A DNA stretch of 64,000 nucleotides from an uncultured Chloroflexia bacterium (GTDB taxonomy: Bacteria > Chloroflexota > Anaerolineae > Anaerolineales > UBA4823). Shown in pieces: positions 9,638 through 17,459 of the stretch. The translations under genes and the position numbers were made by a program. Under the pieces are notes generated by a model that searched no databases, had not been told where the DNA came from, and was given only the letters and a program-made list of their open reading frames with translations. Where the stretch lies: the NCBI GenBank assembly GCA_963695415.1, contig CAVOGL010000005.1, positions 8,175-72,174 of the forward strand, in the 5' to 3' direction. The number at the start of each line of letters is the position of its first letter. The stretch's first letter is position 1.

Positions 9638-10222
9638 TCACTCCGATAACGAGTGCATTTGTAGCCATTCTTTCCTAAGCAGCGAAAACTGAATTTGATC
9701 ATTATATTGCCCATCCCGACAGTAATACTCGCGTAAAATACCTTCTCTTTGAAACCCTAGTTTTATCAGAACTCGCTGAGACCGATCATTTTCTATGTGT
9801 GTGGTAGCTTCAATACGATTCAAACCCATTTCAAAATATCCAAACCGAAACAATGCCCCCAATGCTTCCGGCATTATTCCTTGTCCCCAATAGTTGGGCC
9901 ATAAGTCATACCCTACTTCCGCCCGATGGTGTTGCTTATCCCATCGACAGTAACCGCATGTGCCAATCAATTCACCCTTTGTTTTGTATTCAATCCCCCA
10001 CCATTTGAAGTCGGGCATCTTTTCCGGGGTTTGCAGAGGGCTTAACATTTCTTTGGCCTGTTCTAGGCTCTTGAGAGGTTCTTCGTCACGCATGTAATAG
10101 GTAACTTGCGAGTCACCCCATTCTTTGAAAATGAATTCCGCATCATCCATTCTCAAAGCTCGAAGTACCAATCGCTTTGTTTCCATGCGCGGGTATGCCT
10201 GGTTTATTTCTTCAGTACTCAC
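9638..10222 (-). CDS. GNAT family N-acetyltransferase (RimJ/RimL-like)
   Basis: 194 aa. RLVLRALRMDDAEFIFKEW ... WGQGIMPEALGALFRFGYFEMGLNRIEATTHIENDRSQRVLIKLGFQREG is the acetyl-CoA-binding core. GTG start 5 nt after AAGGAG. Confidence 0.85.
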   Translation of the reverse strand: MSTEEINQAYPRMETKRLVLRALRMDDAEFIFKEWGDSQVTYYMRDEEPLKSLEQAKEMLSPLQTPEKMPDFKWWGIEYKTKGELIGTCGYCRWDKQHHRAEVGYDLWPNYWGQGIMPEALGALFRFGYFEMGLNRIEATTHIENDRSQRVLIKLGFQREGILREYYCRDGQYNDQIQFSLLRKEWLQMHSLSE

Positions 10223-10324
10223 TACTACTCCTTCGATTGAACCTCGGTAATATTACATGTGTTGATTTTCGAGTCTTTTCGTGATGCTGTAGCATACTCA
10301 CACGCGCTAACAGTTTTTTAAGAG

Positions 10325-10381
10325 GACCAACGTCGCAGGTCAGGCGAGCTGTAAAGCGTCGCCTGCATCTGCTGGTTAGGC
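10325..10381 (-). other. Candidate attC recombination site (57 nt)
   Basis: Minus strand: GCCTAAC-cagcagatgCAGGCGAcgctttacagcTCGCCTGacctgcgac-GTTGGTC. The R'' overlaps the TAG stop of 10381-11358. The fold has a 7-bp central stem, a 4-bp L-box-like stem, unpaired spacers and single bulged bases. Confidence 0.7.
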
Positions 10382-11358
10382 TATTCTCTCTTGGTCGGAG
10401 CCGATCCGATCCTTCGAACTCGAATCGAGGCTCCCCCGTTGCAACTGAAGGTCTCAATCGCGCCCACATTCCCCTCGACCACCCAATAATTGATATCAGC
10501 AATGCCGAGATTATCGGGGTCGTTGATGTCGTAGATCAGCTTCTGCCAGACGTTCTGAGGGGTGGTCTGTCCCGGACCCGGCTGTTCCGTGTTCAACTGT
10601 TCGATCGAAAAGCCGTGTTTGCCCGAAACGGTGACGTGATGCGGATTGCGGTACGCTCCCACGCGCGCAAATCGCGAGGCATGATGGGCGAAGACAAACT
10701 CCAGGCCGTTGATGTTGGAGGCCACCACTATGTTGTCTGCATCGGTATGCTCGTTTACCAGGATGCCGGTATGGAAGCCGGTGACGATTACATTGCGCAG
10801 GATGGTCAGCGCGGCGTTATTACATGCCGGAGTTATGAGACCACGGGTGCCGTGGGTGGGGCGGGATGCCTGCACGTTGTAAACGCCCGTGTTGACAAAC
10901 ACGTTCTCGATCCGGCACTGCGACGCCCACTCAAGATCGATGCCGCCGATCACGGGGTCGTCGCTCGTTCTCACGTCCAGGTCTTTCAGCACAACATGAA
11001 CTCTGGAGAAATGGCCCGGTCCGAGACTCGGGGGCTCTGCACTGATGACCGCCGGGCCTGATGTGTACAAGCACTTGACGATGCTGTTGTGGCTGGGCAG
11101 TTCCGTACTGCCGATCGTCCCGAAAACCGTTGTCGGCTGGCTCTCACCGACAATCTCTAGCGCGATCCAATTAGGCTTTGGAATGGCGGGGATGATGAAC
11201 CGCCCGAGGTAGACGCCAGCTGGCACATAAATCCGACCGCCGCCGGCTTCGATCACCGCTTTCAGACAAGCCGAAAATGCCGCAGTGTTGTCCGTCTTGT
11301 CGTCGCCGACAGCCCCGTAGTTCTGAACGTTGAACACCCGCCTTACACTTTCATTCAT
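10381..11358 (-). CDS. Pectate-lyase-superfamily / right-handed beta-helix protein (GH28/GH55-related N-terminus)
   Basis: FNVQNYGAVGDDKTDNTAAFSACLKAVIEAGGGRIYVPAGVY is the Pectate_lyase_3-type N-terminal motif. The gene is visibly more GC-rich than its neighbours. Confidence 0.7.
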   Translation of the reverse strand: MNESVRRVFNVQNYGAVGDDKTDNTAAFSACLKAVIEAGGGRIYVPAGVYLGRFIIPAIPKPNWIALEIVGESQPTTVFGTIGSTELPSHNSIVKCLYTSGPAVISAEPPSLGPGHFSRVHVVLKDLDVRTSDDPVIGGIDLEWASQCRIENVFVNTGVYNVQASRPTHGTRGLITPACNNAALTILRNVIVTGFHTGILVNEHTDADNIVVASNINGLEFVFAHHASRFARVGAYRNPHHVTVSGKHGFSIEQLNTEQPGPGQTTPQNVWQKLIYDINDPDNLGIADINYWVVEGNVGAIETFSCNGGASIRVRRIGSAPTKRE

Positions 11359-11375
11359 CGTCTGGTTTCCTCCTT

Positions 11376-11639
11376 GCCTAACGGATGAGCTCAGCCGCAG
11401 CGCCGGGTGGGCGGAACCGCCACACTGAACAAGTATACCGACAAAGCCAAAGGGCCGCGATACAACGAGCGCCGAAGGCGCTGTCGGCTGCAGCGGGGGT
11501 TAGCCGCCATTTCCCACCAGCACGGCCCGCCGCTGCCCCCAATGCGTGCCATCCCGCCTTCCTTATCTCACCATGCGGCAGCCTGCACGTCCAACGGTAT
11601 TTGCCGCTTGGTTAGCAATCAGAAGGTCGCCTGTTAAGC
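11376..11639 (-). other. Composite attC-like junction (probably two sites around an ORF-less mini-cassette)
   Basis: GCTTAAC (11633-11639) overlaps the TAA stop and GTTGGAC lies at 11589-11595. A second site runs GGCTAAC (11499-11505)-ccc-GCTGCAGC ... GCTGCGGC-...-GTTAGGC (11376-11382), 18 nt before the next ATG. Confidence 0.45.
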
Positions 11640-12257
11640 ACCATCAAATAACACGTCCATAAACCCCAGCATCGCGATCATGTCGTCAACCAGACCGTCG
11701 CTCAGTGCGGTCCAACAATAGTTGTATCCAGGAAAGTAAGGGCATAGACGCAGTTCCCTTCCATTATAGCTCACTGGCAGGTTAGCCAAGGGGCGTTTGC
11801 CCGTTTTGTCAGTCTGAACACAGTACCGGCATCCATCACACTTTTTCGTGCGTGCGACTATAAAGCTCTGCACTCTAGCCGGTATGCTATCAAAGGCAGT
11901 TAGGATATCCTTCATGCGGGGAATGCACAGCCCGAAAACCGGAGGGCTGTCCATAAGAACATCGTAACTGGCGGAAATCCCAGTGTGGCGAATGCCGTAT
12001 TGGAAACCACCTTTCGTCGGCGGTTTATCCTTGTGGGTCTTATAGTAGTCGAGCGTGAGGGTCCCGTCCCAGTTATCCATCCGGGTGTAGCCGTTCTCGA
12101 TCAGATACCTCTCAAGCCTGCGGAACGCCACCTCATTGCCTGAGAGCCGGGCGTATATATCTCTGGCGTAGGGATAGCCTTCGCGGAACAGGCACCGCGA
12201 AAAGTCCAGCAATGAAGCCTTGGGTCTCGTTGCCATCCAGGTCCAAGCCTGGAACAT
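11634..12257 (-). CDS. Hypothetical protein with CDGCRYC...CPYFPGYNYC cysteine motif
   Basis: 207-aa ORF directly after 12259-12711. No family recognised. Confidence 0.55.
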   Translation of the reverse strand: MFQAWTWMATRPKASLLDFSRCLFREGYPYARDIYARLSGNEVAFRRLERYLIENGYTRMDNWDGTLTLDYYKTHKDKPPTKGGFQYGIRHTGISASYDVLMDSPPVFGLCIPRMKDILTAFDSIPARVQSFIVARTKKCDGCRYCVQTDKTGKRPLANLPVSYNGRELRLCPYFPGYNYCWTALSDGLVDDMIAMLGFMDVLFDGA

Positions 12258-12258
12258 T

Positions 12259-12711
12259 TCAGCATAGTCGTCGTGACTTCAAAACGGTGCGATCCGACTC
12301 CGTCCTCTGGTGCAGCCCAAGCTGCTCAGACAGCAACTGGTGCCTTTTGTTTATCTTCACGGCCTCATCAACCACCAACGTATTCGTGTTCACTTGACCG
12401 GACTGCCCTACCTGAAAGAAAGTCATCAGCAGCGCATCGACATTCTTGATAGCCTTGCGCATCAGCACTTTTAGTTTGGGCTTATTGTCTGCACCTTTGT
12501 TGAAACGACGGGTGTAGGCATCATCTTCGTGCAGAGTGCTGAACATCAACGTGGGCTGCTTGCTCAAACGCTGGTACAGCCCGTGCATGAATTGGTAGAA
12601 CTGCTCCTGTGCCCTAATCCCAGGGCCACTTTCCGATGGCACAAAGGAGGGAAAGGTATCCAGATACGTATTGACTATGCGCTGTTCAAGGCACGCATAC
12701 TTTTTCTTCAT
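12259..12711 (-). CDS. Hypothetical protein
   Basis: ORF 12259-12732. Start MKKKYACLEQ at 12711 lies 8 nt after AGGAG. Possibly the N-terminal half of one gene together with 11634-12257. Confidence 0.5.
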   Translation of the reverse strand: MKKKYACLEQRIVNTYLDTFPSFVPSESGPGIRAQEQFYQFMHGLYQRLSKQPTLMFSTLHEDDAYTRRFNKGADNKPKLKVLMRKAIKNVDALLMTFFQVGQSGQVNTNTLVVDEAVKINKRHQLLSEQLGLHQRTESDRTVLKSRRLC

Positions 12712-12739
12712 TCGCAAGTCTCCTGAGAACATTGATGGC

Positions 12740-12881
12740 GGCTAACTCGCGCTTCAGCGGATTGCATAACAGCTTATATACGATCCGCATAAACACCTAT
12801 TCATTTAGGGTATTATACGGCACTCTATTTTTATCGGGACAGAATTCCATCCTAATTTCTAACCTGGAAGGACTGTCAGGC
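12740..12881 (-). repeat. Long attC-like repeat, family 1, copy B
   Basis: Near-identical to 19819-19959. Minus strand: GCCTGACAG ... CTGTTATGC then GTTAGCC, 29 nt before the ATG at 12711. Internal hairpin CCGTATAA...TTATGCGG. Confidence 0.55.
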
Positions 12882-13167
12882 TGCCAGCCCCACAAACGAA
12901 TTTCCAACCAAAATATTGGGACCTGAAATATCTGCGTTATGCAAAAGTTTATATAATTCATACGCAATCTGTCAACTCGTTCGTGGTCTTGGTTCGGAGT
13001 CACTCCAGCCATATTTAATCCATTATTGAACTTTTGACATTTCGTGCCTCTGTTTCGGGTTATTTTTTTTTAATAAAGTCCGCCTTCATCTCATAATTGA
13101 CCAAGCAACCTCAGACCTATTTCAAGATTGGTTCTCATTTTCGTGAAGCAAAACCTAACAATTTATA

Positions 13168-13196
13168 TTGACAAACGGTATATCGCATGGTAATAT
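13168..13196 (+). promoter_or_regulatory. Sigma-70-type promoter of the padR operon with overlapping ATATCG repeats
   Basis: TTGACA (13168-13173), a 17-nt spacer, then TAATAT (13191-13196). tATATCG/CGATATa repeats span about 13180-13231, just before the ATG at 13236. Confidence 0.6.
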
Positions 13197-13235
13197 ATCG
13201 TCATTCGATATAGCACCTGGCGATATAGGAGAATA

Positions 13236-13553
13236 ATGGATAAAAATATCAACAAATATCTTCCACTCACTGAATCCACAGCTTACATTCTGCTGGCACT
13301 AAACACGCCACTTCACGGCTACGGCGTTATGCAAAAAGTGGAAGCAATGAGCGAAAACACAGTCAAAATAGGTCCTGGTACACTTTATGGTGCGTTCTCC
13401 ACGCTTGAAAGTGAGGGGATGATTGTTAAAACTGGCGAAGAAGACCGCCGTAAATCTTATACTTTAACAGAAAAAGGCAAACAGGTGCTAAAGGAGCATA
13501 TTCGACGGGTTGAAATCCTGATTCAAAATGGAGTAATTACAAAAGGTTGGTAG
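13236..13553 (+). CDS. PadR family transcriptional regulator
   Basis: YILLALNTPLHGYGVMQKVEAMSENTVKIGPGTLYGAFSTLESEGMI is a PadR winged-helix signature. Confidence 0.9.
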   Translation: MDKNINKYLPLTESTAYILLALNTPLHGYGVMQKVEAMSENTVKIGPGTLYGAFSTLESEGMIVKTGEEDRRKSYTLTEKGKQVLKEHIRRVEILIQNGVITKGW

Positions 13554-13568
13554 CATTAGGAGAAAACT

Positions 13569-14090
13569 ATGACAATAAAAAAGAAATTCCATTGGTTTTG
13601 GGCCTGGGACGATGAGAAAGAGGAAGTCTGGTTACATGAGATGTCAAAAAAAGGTTGGCATTTCAAATCAGTTAGTGTGCCCGGTAATTACATCTTTGAA
13701 CAGGGAGAACCCTTTGATTATACTTACAGGCTTGACTACTTAATTCACCGCAAGGATATGTCAAACTATCTGCAGCTATTTCAGGATGCAGGATGGAGTT
13801 ACTTGGGTGAAATGGGCGGCTGGCAATATTTTCGTAAAGAAGGATTACCTGGCGAAGTGCAAGAGATTTATAGTGATAAAGAGTCAAAAGCAAAGAAATA
13901 CCAACGCTTAATGCTGTACCTGATCATATTCTTTCCAATTTACTTAAACTTTGTTCTAATTCTCAGTCGAGATGAAGGTGGCATTATGCAAGTTATCACT
14001 TTCTTGATGTTTATCCTTATGTTGATTTACGTTTATGCACTGGTTAGGCTGCTATATCGCATTACACAACTGAGAAAGAAAGCCTGGTGA
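13569..14090 (+). CDS. DUF2812 domain membrane protein (usual PadR partner)
   Basis: EEVWLHEMSKKGWHFKSVSVPGNYIFEQGEPFDYTYRLDY plus two C-terminal TM helices. RBS GGAGAA. Confidence 0.8.
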   Translation: MTIKKKFHWFWAWDDEKEEVWLHEMSKKGWHFKSVSVPGNYIFEQGEPFDYTYRLDYLIHRKDMSNYLQLFQDAGWSYLGEMGGWQYFRKEGLPGEVQEIYSDKESKAKKYQRLMLYLIIFFPIYLNFVLILSRDEGGIMQVITFLMFILMLIYVYALVRLLYRITQLRKKAW

Positions 14091-14327
14091 TAGTTTTATT
14101 TTCTCGATTCTTGATGGAGCTTCGTCACGCAACGTTCCGCATGAGCCGCCGGGAGATTAACCTGTAACGGCATCGGAGCTTGCGACCATTTTCGCCGCAT
14201 CAGTAACTGATATTTTTCCCGTGTCGATCTCTACCTCGGCATCAAGATATGTGTTTGCCTCAACATGGTTCACCACCATTTCAGGCGGATATGGACTCAC
14301 AGGAATTCTCCAATTGCGCGAGCGCGC

Positions 14328-14807
14328 TCAACTTGCCCCGGCACCCATTCTCTGAGATGAGTATCCCTCAAACAGCGCGTCTCTCCTTTCGGCGAAATTA
14401 TTGCGACCCAGCGGTCCAGCCAAAGCAACCCCGAGATCGACAAACCCATCCTGCCCTAACGCCCTACCATCAATCCATCGATTGACGGTAACGATAGCAG
14501 CATCGCCATCAGCGGACTCATCCACTTCAAGGGCATACGCACCGTCTACCGTCTCATAGGGCGCTGGACAGATCACGAAGTTGCTGAGGTGCTTCAACCA
14601 GAACTGTTCAGAGAGGACCAGTCCGATATCGGCTTGTGCGTCATGATGCACTTTGGCAAAGAACCTGTCCGATCCCGTCTTCAGCTTGTTTGAGGCGTTT
14701 GTGAAATCCTGCAGCATCTCAACCGTGGAACCATCCAGACCATAACCGCCAAGCGCCTGCTCTATGACTGATGTCCACTTACTCACAGGATTCCAAACGA
14801 CCAGCAA
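14328..14807 (-). CDS. Hypothetical protein (possibly 3'-decayed)
   Basis: 159-aa ORF with a TTG start in the track. Its tail continues in other frames down to about 14166. Confidence 0.4.
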   Translation of the reverse strand: MLVVWNPVSKWTSVIEQALGGYGLDGSTVEMLQDFTNASNKLKTGSDRFFAKVHHDAQADIGLVLSEQFWLKHLSNFVICPAPYETVDGAYALEVDESADGDAAIVTVNRWIDGRALGQDGFVDLGVALAGPLGRNNFAERRDALFEGYSSQRMGAGAS

Positions 14808-14890
14808 CAGCGGCGCTGCGCAGCGCCGTCCGCTGCATGACCATATTCGTCAGATCATCCGTCGTAGCGGACGGCACTCTGCCAGGTTCA

Positions 14891-15880
14891 TCAAAGGTCC
14901 TTGACCCGCAATACGATCTTGCCCCGGGTATGACCTGTCTGAACCAGCTCGTGAGCCCGCCGGGCTTCCCGCAGGGGCAGGATCGTGCCCACATCGGGTC
15001 TCAGCTTGCCTTCGTCAACCAATCCTGCAATCCGATTCAGCACGTCATTGCCGGGCTGGGCACCCGCGTGTACGCCGCGCAGTCCGCGCCGGGCAGCGTC
15101 CGGACCGGGCGCCGGATGGGCGCAGATCGAGACCTGAATCCCACCGTCCCTCAGAACCGCCCAGGAACGGGCTATTGTCTCCCGGGCGAGCACATCGGTG
15201 GCTTCGTCGGCTTCCCTGGGGATCGCGTCGATAACCACATCCACCTCCCGCGCAATCGACTCGAATGCGGTGGTCCGGTAGTCGATGAACACATCGATAC
15301 CGAGCTCCCGGAGAAATGCTTCGTTGCCTGCCGACGCCGTGCCGATCACCTGGGCGCCGCGCCACTTTGCCAGCTGAACGGCGATGTGCCCGACACCACC
15401 GGCAGCCGCGTGGATGAGCACCTTCTGCCCGGCGACCAAACCCCCGACCTCGAACAAGGCATCCCAGGCGGTCAGGGCGGCGACCGGCAGGGCAGCCGCG
15501 TACAGGTGGTCCAGAGACGCCGGCTTCCGACCGAGGTTGTCGGCGGCTGCGACGACATATTCCGCATACCCACCACCTGACAGACCGAGCATGCCGTAGA
15601 CCTCATCGCCCACCGCCAGTGCCGTGACTTCGCCCCCAAGCTTCTCAACGATGCCGGAGACTTCGCAGCCGGGGATGAACGCGAAGGGTTTCTCCAGCCG
15701 GAAGCGCAGTCCGGCGCGTATCTGCCGGTCGGCAGGATTCACCCCGCCGGTGGACGGGCGGGACCTCGGCGACGGAGCGGACGCGGACCTCCCGCAGTGC
15801 GGCTCCGGCTCCGGGATTGGGGCATCCTCGTAGCAGAGCACCTCCGGGGTTCCGTAGTCGTGGATTCGTACAGCTTTCAT
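14891..15880 (-). CDS. NADPH:quinone oxidoreductase (MDR family)
   Basis: MKAVRIHDYGTPEVL..., GVNPADRQIRAG, VLIHAAAGGVGHIAVQLAKWRGAQVIG, C-terminal GHTRGKIVL. Very GC-rich relative to its flanks. Residues about 25-45 look out of family. Confidence 0.85.
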   Translation of the reverse strand: MKAVRIHDYGTPEVLCYEDAPIPEPEPHCGRSASAPSPRSRPSTGGVNPADRQIRAGLRFRLEKPFAFIPGCEVSGIVEKLGGEVTALAVGDEVYGMLGLSGGGYAEYVVAAADNLGRKPASLDHLYAAALPVAALTAWDALFEVGGLVAGQKVLIHAAAGGVGHIAVQLAKWRGAQVIGTASAGNEAFLRELGIDVFIDYRTTAFESIAREVDVVIDAIPREADEATDVLARETIARSWAVLRDGGIQVSICAHPAPGPDAARRGLRGVHAGAQPGNDVLNRIAGLVDEGKLRPDVGTILPLREARRAHELVQTGHTRGKIVLRVKDL

Positions 15881-15944
15881 AGTCTCTTTAATTATATCCT
15901 TGTCGATGGGAAACCCATAATCATCTTTCCGTCATTCCAGCTAT

Positions 15945-16064
15945 GCCTAAGGATTTGTTGAGCAGCCTTCATTTTGGCTCCAAGAACTGCTCAACCAGAG
16001 CCAAAGCTTGCATTTTGCGCACCGTCCTCCGCCCGTAGCAGGTCTGCTCTAACTTGGGTTAGGT
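15945..16064 (-). repeat. attC-like junction, family 2
   Basis: ACCTAAC lies 15 nt after the GNAT stop. Shares TTGGCTCTGGTT..GAGCCAA and GCTAGCAGG-like blocks with 18975-19090. Ends cTTAGGC at 15945-15951. Confidence 0.45.
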
Positions 16065-16079
16065 CGCCCACAGAAAAGA

Positions 16080-16595
16080 TTATAGTTCCACAGTATGTTC
16101 CGCTGTAACCATAAACCCGTGTTTCTGATATAACTGGTAGGCTTTCATTTCCGGTTCAGTTCCCAGGGTCAGTGTTTTGCAGCCATTCTCTAATGCAATG
16201 TTCTTGATCCTGTTTAACATTGCTTTACCTATTCCCCGATCTTGATATTCCGGTCGGATGCACATACAGCTTATGTGATAATTGCTCTCAAGATATGGCA
16301 ATACAAAAGCAAACCCGATGAGTTCATCCTTGATTTTATATGCAAACGAAGCTGGACAGCTAAGGATTTCAGGAAAACCAAGCTCCTCATCGTAATATCT
16401 TCTTCGCTCCCCTTCATTTTGTAGCTTGAAGAACTTTGCATCTCCCTCATCAAATCCATTGATATAGCATTCAAAAAGGGTTTCTGCGGCAATATTTCCG
16501 ATTGGTTCAATCACAATACCACTCATTGAAATATTTTCACGATATTGTTTCTGATCCAATTTGCAGGTCATCTCAACATATACAAACTTTGTCAT
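16080..16595 (-). CDS. GNAT family N-acetyltransferase
   Basis: 171 aa. CMCIRPEYQDRGIGKAMLNRIKNIALENGCKTLTLGTEPEMKAYQLYQKHGF is the acetyl-CoA-binding motif. AGGAGACAGA-ATG RBS. Confidence 0.85.
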   Translation of the reverse strand: MTKFVYVEMTCKLDQKQYRENISMSGIVIEPIGNIAAETLFECYINGFDEGDAKFFKLQNEGERRRYYDEELGFPEILSCPASFAYKIKDELIGFAFVLPYLESNYHISCMCIRPEYQDRGIGKAMLNRIKNIALENGCKTLTLGTEPEMKAYQLYQKHGFMVTAEHTVEL

Positions 16596-16784
16596 TCTGT
16601 CTCCTGTGGTATTAGCTATGCTATTCCTTTACCAATATCTAGAGTTCCAAGTTTAATCGAGAAGACTGTCCGTTCAGCAGCCTAACATTTAATTTGATTG
16701 CGGTTCGATTAATTATATATACCTGTGTATATTCACACAGGATTCCGCCTTGCCGCTCATATCTGCCGTTACGCTGGCTCTGTA

Positions 16785-17238
16785 CCAGCGACCAGGTGAG
16801 ACCTCCCCTGTTCCATTGCCTGCTTTCACAACATCCTGCACTCCCTACACCGGAGAAGCCTGCCCAGAGCAAAGCGAAGGGTTCCTCATGGCTGCTTTTC
16901 AGGGTCTTCACCGCTTCTTTTGCCTTCGCCATGCGTGACAGACCCGGCTCTCTCTTGCTCCCCTTTCGGGGCTAACATGTCGGTGCTGCCGTGCTTGCGT
17001 GCAAGCGCTGGCAAGACGCTTGCACAGCAAGACAATCACTTTATGTTACGGGCTGCTGTTTTGCTCTCCTTTCTCAGGAGGTTACAACGCTTCGACATAG
17101 CCAGTCACCCGGCTGCATCGGTTGCCTCCTGAACGGTGTGTGAAAGATCCCTGGCAGCCTGGCCCTTACCAGGACTGAACTTGAACCAGCAAGCAGACGA
17201 TGACTTTTCCAGGACACACCATGCGGGGTTGGGCGGCT
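16785..17238 (-). repeat. Copy 2 of the ~455-nt structured ORF-less repeat
   Basis: Matches 9168-9626. GCCCAAC at 17228-17234 lies 20 nt after the stop at 17255. A GTTAGGC core lies downstream at 16680-16686. Confidence 0.6.
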
Positions 17239-17347
17239 TTTGTCCATAAAGTTATCAAGAACGATTAGCGATTTTCCTTAACACAGCGAGACCACCAAAA
17301 TATACAACTAAGCCTATTGCGATTCCAATACAAGATCCAGGATCGTT

Positions 17348-17443
17348 TCATACGTCAATCCCGATGAAAGCGGCAACGATTATGCCTACAAATATTGCTA
17401 TCAAAGCCCAAATTCTGCGCAAGATGTTTGCAATCACGTACAT
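17348..17443 (-). CDS. 31-aa hydrophobic peptide (may read through TGA to 17255)
   Basis: GGAGG, 6 nt, then ATG. Sequence is MYVIANILRRIWALIAIFVGIIVAAFIGIDV followed by TGA. A second hydrophobic segment continues in frame. Confidence 0.4.
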   Translation of the reverse strand: MYVIANILRRIWALIAIFVGIIVAAFIGIDV

Positions 17444-17459
17444 GATAACCTCCAATCGC

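Noticed and set aside
14771-15580. 269-aa plus-strand ORF, and similar long ORFs at 58220-58948(-), 34519-35481(-), 33032-33604(-), 33601-34146(-), 20466-20987(-), 43126-43686(-), 61241-61798(-), 7726-8220(+) and 3443-4000(+)
   Set aside because: All lie antisense to, or out of frame within, genes with clear family signatures. All have low-complexity R/P/G/S-rich translations typical of shadow ORFs in GC-rich coding sequence.
17255-17443. Genome-wide TGA recoding as an explanation for the in-frame TGA
   Set aside because: TGA terminates several family-typical, full-length genes in this window at the expected position, for example sulfatase 41291-42673 and quinone oxidoreductase 14891-15880.
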